DNA from: Mobula hypostoma
Taxonomy: Eukaryota
Direction of reading: 5' to 3'
DNA length: 64,000 nucleotides
NCBI RefSeq assembly: GCF_963921235.1
Contig: NC_086118.1
Span: 15,378,001 to 15,442,000 of the forward strand
Shown here piece by piece: positions 47,556 through 61,129 of this stretch (within the stretch, counting starts at the first letter, position 1; the number at the start of each line of letters is the position of its first letter). A model generated the notes under the pieces. The model had not been told where the DNA came from, did not search any database, and was given only the letters and a program-made list of their open reading frames with translations. Position numbers and translations under genes: made by a program.

Positions 47556-48339
47556 GAAAGGGTAGACTATTTTCTAAATGAAGAGAAAATTCAAAAATCT
47601 GAGGCACAAGGATTTGGGAGTTCATGTGCAGGATGTTCTAAAGGTTAATTTATAGTTTGAGTCTGTGGTGAGGAAGTCAAATGTGATGTTAGCATTCATT
47701 TCAAGAGGACTAGAATATAAACACAAGGATGTAATGCTGAGGATTTATAAAGCACTGGTGAGGCCTTACTTGGCACATTATGAGCAGCTTTGGGCTCCAT
47801 ATCTTAGAAAAGATGTGTTGACACTGGAGTGGTTACAAAATAGATTCACGAAAATCATTCCAGGTTTGAATGGCTTTTTATATGAAGAACATTTGATGAC
47901 TCTGGGTCTGAATTCACTAGAATTCAGAAGAATGAGGAGGGCATAATTGAAATATATCAAATAGTGAAAAGTCTTGATAAGGTAGATGTAGAGAGGACAT
48001 TTCCTATTGTAGGAGACCTGAGGACCAGAGGGCACAGTCTCAGAACAGAGGGGCATCCTTTTAGAACAGAGATGACAAGAAATTTCTTTAGCCAGAGAGG
48101 GTGGATCTGTGGAATTTGTTGTCACAGGCAGCTGTATAGGCGAAGGCTTTATGAATATTTAAGGCAGAGGTAGATAGACACTTGATTGGTCAAGGCACGA
48201 AGGGATAATGGCAGGAAATTGGGGCAGAGAAATAATGGATCAACCATGATGAAATGGCAGAGCAGAAACAATGGACCAAACAGCCTCACTCCCTTCCTAT
48301 ATCTTATGGTCTTAACAATGTTATTCCCATGCCACTCCT

Positions 48340-49180
48340 AGAATCATAGAAAAACTACAGCACAATACAGGCCATTTGGCCCACACTGCTGTGCCGAACA
48401 TGTACTTACTTTAGAAATTACCTCGGGTTACCCATAGTGCTCCATTTTTCTAAGCTCCATGACCCTATCCGGAAGCCTCTTAAAAGACCCTACTGTATCC
48501 ACCTCCACTACAGTCGCCGGCAGCACATTCCATGCACTCACCGCTCTGTGTAAAAAATTTACCCCTGACATCGCCTCTTGACCTCCTTCCAAGCACCTTA
48601 AGACTGTGCCCTCTCGTGTCAGCCCCAGGAAAAAGCCTCTGGCTATCCACAAGATCAATGCCTCTCATCATCTTATACACCTCTGTCAGGTTATCTCTTA
48701 TCCTCCGTTGTTCAAGGAGAAAAAGCCAAGTTCACTCAACCTATTCTCATAAGGCATGCTCCCCAATCCAGGCAACATCCTCGTAAATCTCCTCTGCACT
48801 CTTTCTATAGTTCTACACTGTAGTGAAGCGACCAGAAATGAGCATAGTACTCCAAGTAGGGTCTGACCAGGGTCCTATATAGCTGTAGCATCACTTCTTG
48901 GCTCCTGAACTGCATCCCTCGGTTGATGCCTTAACCACACAGTCAACCTGCGCAGCAGCTCTGAGTGTCATATGGCCACGGACCCCAAGATCCCTCTGAG
49001 CCTCCACACTATCAAGAGTCTTACCATTAATACTATATTCTGCCATCATATTTTACCTACCAAAATGAACAACTTCACACTTATCTGGGTTGAACTCCCT
49101 CTGCCACTTGTCAGCCCAGTTTTGCATCCTATCGATGTCCTGCTGTAACCCTTGACAGTCCTCCACAACATCCCCAACCT
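48340..49180 (-). mobile_element. CR1 LINE 3' part
   Basis: LQQDIDRMQNWADKWQ...; TRGHSLKV. Confidence 0.88.
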
Positions 49181-49829
49181 TCCTACAAGGCAGAAGTTCA
49201 CATACCAAGCAAGCATGGTTTGCAATAAAGTTGATTTGAATATTCCGCATGCTGGTATCCTGGTGTGCTCTGCACTACCCCATTTTAGAATGTCAAAGGC
49301 ATGGAATATTGAGCTCCCAGTCATACTCTCCTATCACATTTTTAATAGCTAACAATCACACTCATTCATATCTATTTGTGCCGCAATCTCATCAGCATGT
49401 TAAGAATGCCATAGGCATTCATTAAAGTCTTTTTATTTTAATGTACGTAGCAACAAGAATTAAAAAAAAAAATCCATGGAGAGATCTGTGAGGAGATCAA
49501 TAACTCTTGACCTAAATCTGTGCTCTGCACACAAAAAAATACATAACCGAAATACAAAGTAGTATTGCTGATTACACAGCTTCGCTACAGCAACAAAGGT
49601 TGGATTAAGGCAGAGATACGACTGACATTAAACAGTCTATATATTTGCACAGAAAGCAAAATCAATTAATTATCTTTAATGCATAATGTGATTTGAAATA
49701 TAGCAGCTTCATTTCAAAGTCAAAGTCAATAGTCAAAGTTGAGTTTACTGTCACATGCACAAGTGCAATGAAGAACTTCCAGCAGCAACGCAGGTATGTA
49801 GCGTCGGCTGGAAAATGCATAGTCCAGCA

Positions 49830-50592
49830 CTTTGACAGTAGAAATAAATGAGCAGACTATTTTCAAAATGGGAAGAAAATCCAAAAATCTGAGATGCAAA
49901 GGGACTTGCTAAATTTAACTAGTAGGTTGAGTTGGTGGTAAGGAAGGGAAATGCAATGTTAGCATTCATTTCAAAAGGTCTAGAATACAAAAGCAGGAAT
50001 GTGATGCTGAAGCTTTGTAAGGCACTGGTGAGGCTTCACCTTGAGCAATGTGAACAGTTTTACTCTCCAATCTAACATATGCTGGCATTGGAGAGGGTTC
50101 AGAGGAGGTTCACAAGGATGATTCCGGGAATGAAAGGGTATTCATTTGAGGAACGTTTGATTGCTCTGGGTCTGGAATGCTGGAATTTAGAAGAATGAGG
50201 GGGGATCTCATTGAAACCTTTCAAATGTTGAAAGGTCTAGAAAGAGTAGATGTGAAAAGGATGTTTCCTGTGGTGGGAGAGCCTAGGACAAGAGGGCACA
50301 GCCTCAGAATAGAGAGGCAACCATTTAAAACAGAGATGTGGAGAAATTTCTTTAGCCAGAGGGTGGTGAATTTGTGGAATTTGTTACCACATGCTGCTGT
50401 GGAAGGCAGGTCATTGGGTGCATTTAAGGCAGAGCTTGATAGATTCTTGATTGAACATGGCGTCAAAGTTTATAGGGAGAAGGCCGGGAATGGGGTTGAG
50501 GAGGGGAAAAAAGGATCAGCCATGATTGAATGGCGGAGCAGACTCGATGGGCCAAATGACCAAATTCTGCTTCTATGTCTTGTGGTCTTATG
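49830..50592 (+). mobile_element. CR1 LINE 3' part
   Basis: RMRGDLIETF...FFSQRVVNLWN; gtcttatg-type tail. Confidence 0.9.
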
Positions 50593-51809
50593 GTTTTATA
50601 CAGTCAGCAGTTACAAGAAAAACAAAAAGGGCAATTAGTTACATAAAATTCTGTGCATGAAATGAATCCCAGTCACTTGTAGTCATGAGATTATGAAGTG
50701 TGGTTTAAGGTAATTATATAACCATCTACATCTGACGTAGCTGGTACAAGAAATGTACAAGAAATTACATTGGTCCTATTGCACTGATTATGGCACAGTA
50801 GAAAAACTGCTAATAAAAATTAATCTGATGGACAATTACATATTTCATTGACAGTTTTTCATTTCATTGCACTTGCCTTTCCAATAAGGCAGAAATACTT
50901 TGCATGTGGTATTTACATTTAAATATTACATTACATAGTTACTGGATATCACGAGCTTAAAGTGGATATCATGAGCTTAAAGTGGAGTTATATTTCAGCC
51001 TGCAAAGTAAATAAGGGCTGCCAATCTTGACTCTGATCCTAATATTTGCATCATCTGCATTTTTGAGGCATATATACATTAACATACAAGACATATTTAT
51101 AGATTTTGCAATGCATGCATTTACTTCATAAACATGTGTTAGTACTTTTATGAAACTGTGGGACAAATTAAAATACTTGAGGCAAAATGCTTGTCTGGGA
51201 GTATTCTTGCCTCCGAATCAGATAGTTGGGAGTTAATAAAAATATATTTTTAATTGAAAGATCTATCATGCCTTACTTTCTTTCACTAAGCAACACCCCA
51301 TGAGCAAGAAGATCTCTGTGAGAAAATGTGACAACCTTTACAGCTGATATGATTTTTTACTGGGTAAAATAATGTAATTAAAAATTAGAGCTGTTGTTAG
51401 TCGTCAGTATAAACAGAGTTCAGCATTAGTCAGTTTAATTACTTGATATTTACTCAGGGAACTATCTTTTTCTAGGAATCAATGGTGCATTAAAATAACT
51501 TGTTAATTTCCTATTTCAACCTCTTCACAGCAGCAATAGCTCTATACATCTACGCTTTGATATTCCATTGAGTGTCTGAGATTAATCAGGAGAAAAAACA
51601 AGTTTTTGATAATTAGTCAAGTCAATTGATACAATATACCATGCATAAATATTCACCTAATCACCAGTCATAGAATTGTGGGGAGAAAAATCAAGGAAAA
51701 AGCTTGTTCAGCCCACTCACTTCACACAAACCATTAAGTATCCATTGTCATATATTTCAATTTTCCTCCATTCCCATCAACTTACCCCGTATTCTGCCAT
51801 CAACATCCA

Positions 51810-52650
51810 AGTCCTCAGTTCAGTAAAAGTGGCCATGCAAGTGGATAGTATGGTAAAGAAGGCATATGGCATGCTTGCTTTCATTTGTCAGGACATTGAG
51901 TACACGAGTTAGGAAGTCATGTTGCAGCTATATAAATCTTTGGATAGGCTGTATTTGGAGTATTGTATTAATTTCTGTTTACCCCATTACAGAAAGGATG
52001 TGGAGGCTTTGGAAAGTGTGCAGAAGTCCAACTTCTCTTAATAGCTTAGAATCAGAATCAGAATCAAGTTTATTATCTCTGATATATGTCATGAAATTCG
52101 CTATTATGAGGCAGCAATACAGTTTTAGACACAAAGTTATTCTTACTCACAAGTAAAAGTAAATAGATAGATAGAGTGAAAGTGGAATAGTGAGGAGAAA
52201 TTTGATGGTAGGTGGAATGCTCTCTAATCCAAGATGTTGCATGGACAAAGTTGGAACAAACTTGGGATTACATACCCTCAGCATCAGAGGCTGAGGGGAG
52301 GCCTGACAGAAGTTGATAAAATTCTGAGAGGCACAGTTAGCCAGAATCTATTTTGCCAGGTAAGGAATACCCAGTAGTAGAAGACATGCATTTAAGGTGA
52401 TGGGAGAAATGTTAAAGGAGAAGGATGGGGGTTGTTGTTTTTTGAACATAATGACTGGTAGGTGCCTGAGATCGGCTGCCAGGAGTAGTGGTGGAAGAAG
52501 ATACAATAGTGGTGTTTAAGAGATCATTAGATAGATACAAGATTATGCAAAAAATTGAGTGATATGGATCAGGTTACAGGCAGATGAGATTTAGTTTAAT
52601 CTGGCATTATGTTCAGCACAAATCTTGTGGACTGAAGGGCCTGTTCTTAT
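51810..52650 (+). mobile_element. Decayed CR1 3' part
   Basis: QVDSMVKKAYGMLAFI motif and CR1 3' UTR. Confidence 0.75.
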
Positions 52651-53123
52651 GCTATATTGTTCTATGTCTGAAATCATTTTAAACCAACATATTATGGGCA
52701 ATTTGCAGTGGACAACTAAGCTACCAACATATCTTCATTTTGCTACATTTGCTTTGTTATAAATAGCTCTCTAAGGAGTTTGCTGGTGTCAGTCAGGATT
52801 AACTGAAAAGTTGTAGGGATAAGGTTTAGCAAATATTGTTAATAACTTATGTGCATGGGGATATAAAACAGGTGGAATATTTGGTGGAATAATCAGAATT
52901 AGCACACAATGCAAATATGGCCAAAATAGTGGCAACTGCTGGATCGCCAGACGTACCTTGTTCAAAGGATCAATAAAGTGAACAAACAGAAAACACATGT
53001 TACTTCTCCAACGCCTTTCTTAATGGAGGTGATCTGTACTGGGTATGCTACTGGGTATGCTAACAGCAAGAGATAGGGGAGCAGATATGTAGACAAATCA
53101 CAAAATGATTTAAAAGTAATAGG

Positions 53124-55085
53124 CACAAGAGATTCTGAAGTTACTGGAAATCCAGAGTAACACACACATGCTTTCGATCTCCAATAACTTTCAATTTCAT
53201 GGCCCTGATTGCCCATTTTCACTATGGATATCCAATTCTTATATGCCTCTATCTCCCATCAAGTAGGCATTGAAGCTCTCTGCCTCTTCCTAGACAAAAG
53301 ACCCAATCAGTTGCCCTTCACCTCCATCCTCCTCCATCTGGCAGGACTAGACCTCACACTCAACAATTTCTCTTTAAGTTCCTCCCACCTTCTACAAACC
53401 CAAGGTGCAGCCATGGGCACCTACATGGGCCCCAGCTATGCCTGCCATTTCATTGACTACATAGGACAGTCCATGTTCCAAGCTTTCACTGGTAATGCTC
53501 CCCAACTCTTTCGGTGCTACTTTGATGACTACATTGGTGCTGTTTCATGCATCCTTGCTGAGCGCATCAACTGTTCCTCCTACCCTCAAATTCCCTTAGT
53601 CCATTTCTGACATCTCTCTTCGTTTTCTCGAACTCTCTGTTACCATCTATGGAATCAGATTGTCCACTGATATTTTTATAAGTTTGCTGACTCTCACAGC
53701 TATCTCGACTATACTCCTTTCCATCCTGCCACTTGTGAAAATGCCATTTCCTTTTCTCCAGCTCCATCACATCTGTTCCCAGGATGAGGCTTTCCTTTTC
53801 AGGAAGTCAGAGATGTCCTCATTCTTTAAAGAATGGGGCTGTCCCTTCCTCCACCATTAATGCTACCCTCAGCTGCATCTGTTCTATTTCCCGGATTTCC
53901 GCCCTCACCCCATCTTCCTGTTGCCTGAACAGGGATAGAGTTCCTCTCATCACTTACCACTCCAGCTTCTGGAACGAGCACATCAATCTCCACAACTTCT
54001 GGCATCTTCAGTGGAATCCTACTACCACCTTACCCCTCCCCCACTCTCCACTTTCCACTGGGATCACTCGCTCTGTGATTCCCATGTCTATTCGTCCCTC
54101 CCCACAGATCTCCCTCCTGGCCCTTGTCCCTGCAAGCAGAAGAAGTGCTACATATGCCCATTCACCTTTTCCCTCCCCACCATTCAGGGCCCCAAACAGT
54201 CCTTGCAGGTGAGGCAACACTTCATTTGTGAGTCTGTCGGGGGTCATCTACTATATCTGGTACTCCCAGTGCAGCCCCTTCTACATTGGTGAGACCCAAC
54301 AGATTAGGGAACTACTTTGTAAAGCAGCTTTGCAATAAGCAGGATCTCCTGGTAGCCAATCATTCCCATTTCCACATATTGGTCCATGGCCTCCTCTACT
54401 GCCAAGATGAGAGAGACAGCTCTCATGTTGGAGGAGCAACACCTCATATTCTCTCTGGGTAGCCTCCAACCAGATGCGAACATCCATTTTTCTAACTTCT
54501 GGTTATTTCTTCCCCCTTCCCCTTCTCTCTTCTTCTGTGCTCCATTCTGGCATCTTCTCCTAACCTGCATTTTGCCTCCATCTGCTGCTTCTCCTTCCCT
54601 TTCTCCCATGGTCCATTCTCCTCTTCTATCGGATTCCTTCTTCATCAGCCCTTTGCCTTTTCCTTCTGTTACCTAACAGCTTCTCAGTTCACCTCCCCGC
54701 CATCCCTCTCCCACCTACCATCCCCTCACGTGGCTTCACCTGTTAATTTCCAGCTTTCCCCACCCGCCACCTTCTTATGAAGGATCTCAGCCAAAACCTC
54801 AACTTTTTATTCCTTTCAACGCACACAGAGTGCTGGAGAAACTCAGCAGGTCAGCCAGTATTTATGGAAAAAATTACAGTCAACATTTCAGGCTGAGACC
54901 CTTTGGCAGTCAGCTTGAAACGTCGACTGTACGTTTTTCCATAGATGCTGCCTGGCCCGCTGAGTTGCTCCAGCATTTTGTGTGTGTTGCTTCGATTTCC
55001 AGAATCTGCAGATTTTACCTTCTTTATTCCTTTCCATAGGTACTGCCTGACCTGCTGAGTTCCTCCAGCATTTTGTGTGTGTTAC
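53124..55085 (+). mobile_element. Penelope-like retroelement (5'-truncated RT, GIY-YIG region, 3' terminal repeat) with inverted terminal fragment at its 5' end
   Basis: TMDIQFLY, GAAMGTYMGPSYA, YFDDYIG, YIGET; decayed hammerhead at 54774-54803; inserted in an old CR1 endonuclease region. Confidence 0.87.
54818..55022. mobile_element. Fold-back element inserted into the Penelope 3' terminal repeat
   Basis: 12-bp TSD tttattcctttc at 54806-54817 and 55023-55034; inverted arms. Confidence 0.82.
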
Positions 55086-55407
55086 TTAAAGTCAGCAGGG
55101 TTAGCTACAATAGTAGAGGATTTCAATTTCACCAATCCTGACTGGAAATACTTTATTTTGGAAGTGTCAGTCAGCAGGGGGGAGTTTTTAAAATGCATAC
55201 GGGAAAATGTTTTGAATACATACATCGATAATCCCACTAGAGAAGGACCAGTACTGGACGTAATGTTAGGGGATGTAGCCAAGCAAGGGGATACAGCAAC
55301 AGGGAAGAACATTTCAGAGATGGTGGGAATAACTCTGTAAGTTACAAGATAGTGTGGAAAGAAACAACGTTGGTCCTTAAATTAGGATCTCATATTGTGG
55401 GAAAGCA

Positions 55408-55607
55408 NNNNNNNNNNNNNNNNNNNNNNNNNNNNNNNNNNNNNNNNNNNNNNNNNNNNNNNNNNNNNNNNNNNNNNNNNNNNNNNNNNNNNNNNNNNNN
55501 NNNNNNNNNNNNNNNNNNNNNNNNNNNNNNNNNNNNNNNNNNNNNNNNNNNNNNNNNNNNNNNNNNNNNNNNNNNNNNNNNNNNNNNNNNNNNNNNNNNN
55601 NNNNNNN
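55408..55607. other. Assembly gap
   Basis: 200 N. Confidence 1.
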
Positions 55608-55659
55608 TAAAACCTGAGGTGCAGGCATACACAAACACAATCACTTCTCAATTGCTAGG

Positions 55660-56440
55660 AACATTCGGACTATTCAAGCGGTGTTTAACATTGTGGCCTT
55701 CTTGAGATTTACATAAATATTGCTGTGTGGGCATAATTGTTTAATGCTATTGTATAGTGACTTTGGGGTGATAGCAGCTGTAGATATTACTATCGGAACA
55801 ATGTATATCCTGTTCATGTTCCATAATCTTTCAATCTCTTCTTTTAATTTAACATATTTCTGGTGTTTTTCAGTTATTGATTTCTGTATGTCATGTATGT
55901 GTCCGAATGGCAATATCTTCTAAGTAAGTTGTTCTTCCTTGTTTATCCTATAATATTATATCTGGACAGTTATTATGGATTGACCTATCTACAGTATAAT
56001 AATGAATCATTTGTAATATAATTTGTAGGACTCCAACTCTAAAACTGAATCAGGCTTCTATTTATAGTAAGGTATGGTGTCTTTTACAGGTTTGTATTTT
56101 CAAGCAAGATTTTGGTGAATGATGTTTTCCACTGGATTGTACCTATGCTAAGTAATAAGATTGAGTTAAGTTACTGCAGGATCCTGTAGTGTGTTGGATC
56201 ATTTTTTATTTCCCCTTTGCATTTTCTGTATTTATCGTCTTAAATTCATTGGTCTTTAATTATGTATATTTGATTTTTTTTGTGTGTTACCCACCTGGTT
56301 CTGTATTGCCACGAGGAATACAGTGGACTTCATCACTGAGCCAGGTGTTCAGTGCTTCCTTGTTGATATCTAGTCTGCTCAGATATGGGGATGTCTTCCA
56401 TAGATGAAAGTAATTCTTCTATAGTGATAATTTCTTCATT
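55660..56440 (-). mobile_element. R4/Dong-like non-LTR retrotransposon fragment (restriction-like endonuclease C-terminus)
   Basis: IIHQNLA, HNNCPDII, EKHQKYVKLKEEIERLWNM..IVPIVIS...KATMLNTA. Confidence 0.72.
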
Positions 56441-56739
56441 TTTCTGAGCTTAGCAGTGTGAACTTCTTTATTTATATTATTCATATTTTCTTTATTTATT
56501 TTCTACTTTCATATTTGCAGTTTGTTGTCCTTTGCACATTGGTTGTTTGTCCATCCTGTTGGGTGTGGTCTTTCATTGATCCTATTGTGTTTCTTGGTAT
56601 TTACTGTGCATGTCCACAAATACACAAATCTCAGGGTTGTAGATGGTGACATATATGTACTTTTATAATCATTTTATATTGAACCTTTGAATATTCTACA
56701 CTCAGGTTCTTCACCAGCTTGCCCTTGCTGTATATAGTG

Positions 56740-58170
56740 CAGTGCCCTACTAAATAATTTCACTAGAATTTGAGCATGGAAAATGGGGACCATTTCTCAA
56801 ATCTTGGAAGCCACTGCTTAAATTAAGGAATAGGTGATGAAATTCACCACTGCTGGGACAGTCTTTGGCTGTTTAAAGAGCCTTTATCTCAAACTTAGCA
56901 GAAATCTCGAGGTCCATGGGGAAACAGCGATCCTTGCCTTTCTGCATGCTTCTGATACATGGACTATATACAACAGTCATCTAAAAGCACAGGAGCAGGT
57001 TGACTCTGTGGTTAAGAAAGCATACGGTGTATTTGTCTTCATCAACTGTGGGACTGAGTTTAGGAACCGTGAGGTAATGCTACAGCTATATAGGACCTTG
57101 GGTAAGACCCCACTTGGAACACTGTGCTTGGTACTGGTCACCTCACTACAGGAAGGATGTGGAAACTATAGAAAGGGTGCAGAGGAGATTTACAAGGATG
57201 TTGCCTGGGTTGGGATCATGCCTTATGAGAATAGCTTGACTGAACTCGGCCTTTTCTCCTTGGAACGGCGAAGACTGAGAGGTGGCCTGATAGAGATGTA
57301 CAAGATGATGAGAGGCATTGATTGTGAGGATAGTCAGAGGCTTTTTCCCAGGGTGTAATGGCTAGCACGAGAGGGCACAGTTTTAAGGTGCTTGGAAGTA
57401 GGTACAGAGATATCGGGGTAAGTTTTTTTACGTAGAGAGTGGTGAGTGCATGGGGTAATGGGCTGCCATGAGACTGGAGGATGGTGGAGGCAGATACGAT
57501 AGGCTCTTTAAGAGACTACCTGGACAGGTACAAGGAGCTTTGAAAAATAGAGGGGCTATGGGTAACCCTAGGTAATTTAAGACCTAAAGTAAGTACATGT
57601 CCGGCACAGCACTGTGGGCCGAAGGACCCATACTGTCCTGTAGGTTTTCTAAGTTTCTATGAGAAATATCAACACCATCTCCCACAAGATCTTCCAAATC
57701 TATTTGTGAGATAAATAAATTACTTACTTCGGATAAGTAACATGTCAGAATCCTCTTATACTTCAACATCTCCTCCAACATATACAGAACAGGTGTTCAC
57801 ATTTCTGACATTAGACTCTTGAAACAGTTAGTTTCCTCCAGGATTTATTCACAGTTTGGCAGGTGGCACAGGAATCAATTCAAGGATTGTTTTTAAAGCC
57901 TCTTTGGAAAAAATGTATCTCTTGTAAGGAAAAAGAGAGAATTGAAAGACATTAATCTGGAGTAAATAGGAGCTCACAAACTGTGGAAAGAATGTACCAC
58001 CACCCAAAATACCCATTCAACCACCCTGTCAAGCAGCTTCTACTTCTGTGGCAGTGTCTGCAGTTCAAATGTCAGGCCTATCAGCTACTTCATAACTCAT
58101 AGAATTAGATCAAGCAAGTCACTCTAGACAGCAAGGCAGAGTAAAATTCAGACCTTTATACAGCCATAGT
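56740..58170 (+). mobile_element. Decayed RTE-like LINE interrupted by a CR1 fragment
   Basis: AGTVFGCL...LHASDTWTIY before 56990; resumes after 57660. Confidence 0.6.
56990..57660 (+). mobile_element. CR1 3' part
   Basis: QVDSVVKKAYG...LFSLERRRLRGGLIEMYKMM. Confidence 0.88.
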
Positions 58171-59504
58171 CCAATCACAGTTAATGGTGCCAAACAGTCA
58201 GAGTATCTGCCCTCAACAACATTTCAGTACTTATCTGAGCCCACCCTTAAGAATTCTTGGTAAACCTGAAATTATTGAAAATAAAGAAGAAAATTCCTTT
58301 CTGGCTGCAGTCATACCTTAAATAATTATGATCTGCTGTTGGAGGCCAGCCATTACGACTTGAGGATACTGCTGCCAGATCCTTACAAAGTGAAACAATC
58401 TTGCCAGCACCCAGCCAATCCTTGCCAGTACCCAGCGAGACCCGGGAAACATAGATACGAACTGTTGAGTGAGAAGTAGCAATTGTGCTATCTAAGTTCC
58501 AGACAGAGGTAGTTTCTAATAACCTTCACTTGACATTCAGTAGCATTACCATTGATAAGACTCCAGTATGATACCCTGAGTCAGGACTGATAAAATTCAT
58601 AAATATTATGGCAGTAAGAACAGATCAGAGACTGCAGGGAGAGACTCATCACTCACTCTCCAGTTCCAAACCATCTGCAAGACACAGTTCGCCATGTACC
58701 AATATTCAAGCTTATCATCAGTTCACTGCACTTCATTAGTAGCAAATGCTTCCCCCACACCCCATGCATTCACTCCCTCAATCTTCTATGCAACTTGGCT
58801 ACAGTGTTCCATCAATAATTGGCTGAAGCTTGCAGTCTGTTTCAATTCAATTTTATCAACTCTTCATTGTAGTTTTTTTCAATGAGCTCACTATGATGTG
58901 CGGTTCTGTCAGCCAGTAACAGTAAGAAGTGCTACCAAAAACAAAGTAAATAAAATTTATTCCTTTCACCGATCCAGTTGAAAAATCATTGGTCAGCAGT
59001 GCAAGTTCAAATATCAGATATGTGAGTTTTTAATTCAATCCAAATCATTTACTAAGCCAAAATAGAAAGAAAAAGAATGACACTTAAGACACAGAAATAT
59101 TAATTGTGTATGTTTTTAAATTTCCAGTGAGATACACAGTCTGAATGAATTAGGCTCTACACATGAAAAAAAAACTTCTAGTGCCAGAAATGCTGCTGGA
59201 CAGTGATTAGGACATATTATGCCATGGAAATATTTCTGGCAGCTTTAACTGAAGCTAAGTTCAGCAGCTTCATGCTGCTTCATGTAACTCAATGCCAAAT
59301 CTCTGAGATACCATTGTAAATCAAGCAAGTCAATTCTGCATTTATGTGAGTGTGAACAACCACTAGATAATGTCCAATTTACACACTAATATCTTAGATG
59401 TTTCATCCACAATTATCTAAGTTAGATAATTAGAATAAAAGATTCAGATGAATTAGTTCAAAACTCACCGTGGCAGTGAGGGATTTTAAATTCAAGTTAT
59501 TTCC

Positions 59505-60272
59505 ACTAAGATGGCAGCGTGCCTGGACATAGCAGCTTTTATGGAGCCAACCTAAGATGTAATTGTCTTTTTTAAACATTTATTTTACTGTCAGAAGATA
59601 CTGCTTGGCATTAAGAATGTAAAGTACTGCTGGTCTACCCCATCAGTGAGTTGCTCATTGGCAGAGAAGCTGAAGGAGGTCGACGATGCAGAATGTGCTG
59701 CTGCCTGCATCAAATGAGTTGGTGCGCAAAGACTTTCTGCGTGATTGTCTTAAGTCATTTCTCTTGCGATTGCAAGTCCCTGTTGAAATGCTGCAAGTCT
59801 GATTCCCTGATTTATTGGCAGGCAGTAGGGGCAGACAGCGGGGACCTGAGTGGTGTCGGTTGTGATGAGGACTAGGCCTCAAGCCGCGGTGTCGCCCACT
59901 TACAGACATCCAGGAGAGAGGCACTGCAGTTGGTGTACTCCACTGGAGCGTTAGGGGTGGTGTGGTGCAGTGTTGAAGCTGGAGTCAGTGCTGCCCCCAG
60001 TGTTCGCTCAGCAGAAGGCATGCTGTATTATATTCTGTTGCAGACTGTTGCAACATTTGTGGACTCAGGGTCTTGGACTTTTTTTGTGTGTGACTGTATT
60101 TTACCGATATCTTACATTTGCTTGCAATCTTATTTGTTGCTAAATATGCCTTGTGCTGTGTAGGATCATTGGTACTGTTTTGCACCTTGGTCCTGGAGTA
60201 ACACTGTTTTGTTCGGCTGTATTCATGGGCATTCATATGTGGTTGAGTGAAAATTAAACTTGGAACTTGAAA
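59505..60272 (+). repeat. Interspersed non-LTR-type repeat (non-autonomous, L2/Rex1-like tail)
   Basis: aagatggc start, T-rich body, ttaaacttggaacttga tail; family uncertain. Confidence 0.45.
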
Positions 60273-61129
60273 TTAAATAACCTCAAAGTTTAAGTTATAA
60301 AATCCTTCAGCTTCACTATTGGCATTTAGGGAGAGAAATCTGCTTTGCTTTGACACTGGTCCCATAGCTATGGATTAGGTTCTAATCTAACCCAGGATAA
60401 TAAGGACTCTAAAAAGAGATTTAAATGATGTTGGGAATCACTGGAGGTAGGGTGTGGTGTACAGATCAGAGTTGTTATGTATTAAAATAAAACAAGCCAA
60501 AAATAGCAATTATGGTTGACGGCAAATAGATCATAACTTGTAGGGAAGTGATTTATCAGTCACTGGCATTAATTAGAATTGTTTTAAACCCAAATGCAAA
60601 AAAACTCAGAACAAAACACACACAGTGATACAAAAGAGTCTAAATGGGATTCCTCTAAAATCCATTTGCAGTTGTGGACACAAGAAGTTAAAGTTAGGAC
60701 TAAATATTTCAGGGTAACTTACATTTAAAAAGCAGATGTTGAGGTGTAGCATGGGGATGGTTAGGTAGGGGAGGGGACAGTGCTGGTGTCATCTGGAAGT
60801 TCCAGCTGTCCTGAAGCAGATTCATGACCAAAAGTATGGGCAACTCCTTTCCACCTACAGATGGTGCTTGACTAGTTTAGTTCCTCCAGCAGTTTGTTCC
60901 TTGCCAGTATTAATTTGGAGGTGAGGATAATATAATCAATTGCTCTGGGAATTGATTCACACTTGACAATCAATGTGCCTTGAACATAAATGCTATCAGT
61001 CAACACTTAGCAGTCAATTAGGTAGTGTTGTCCAAATTGCTTGGTTTGTTCGAAACTCCAGAATTATCAGCACTTGTGAAGAGCTTTTTGTTTTCGCTCA
61101 AGAAACCATCAAGACTGCTTTGGCAAGAC

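Larger units (their letters stand above)
40530..48313 (+). mobile_element. CR1 LINE (host), split by younger insertions
   Basis: Pieces at 40530-41303, 41757-42379 and 47556-48313 join into one ORF2 and 3' end. Confidence 0.85.

Noticed and set aside
50944..50986. 19-bp tandem duplication ggatatca(c/t)gagcttaaagt
   Set aside because: Two copies only; ordinary local duplication with no further structure.
55352..55705. ORFs spanning poly-X
   Set aside because: Artefact of the 200-N gap.
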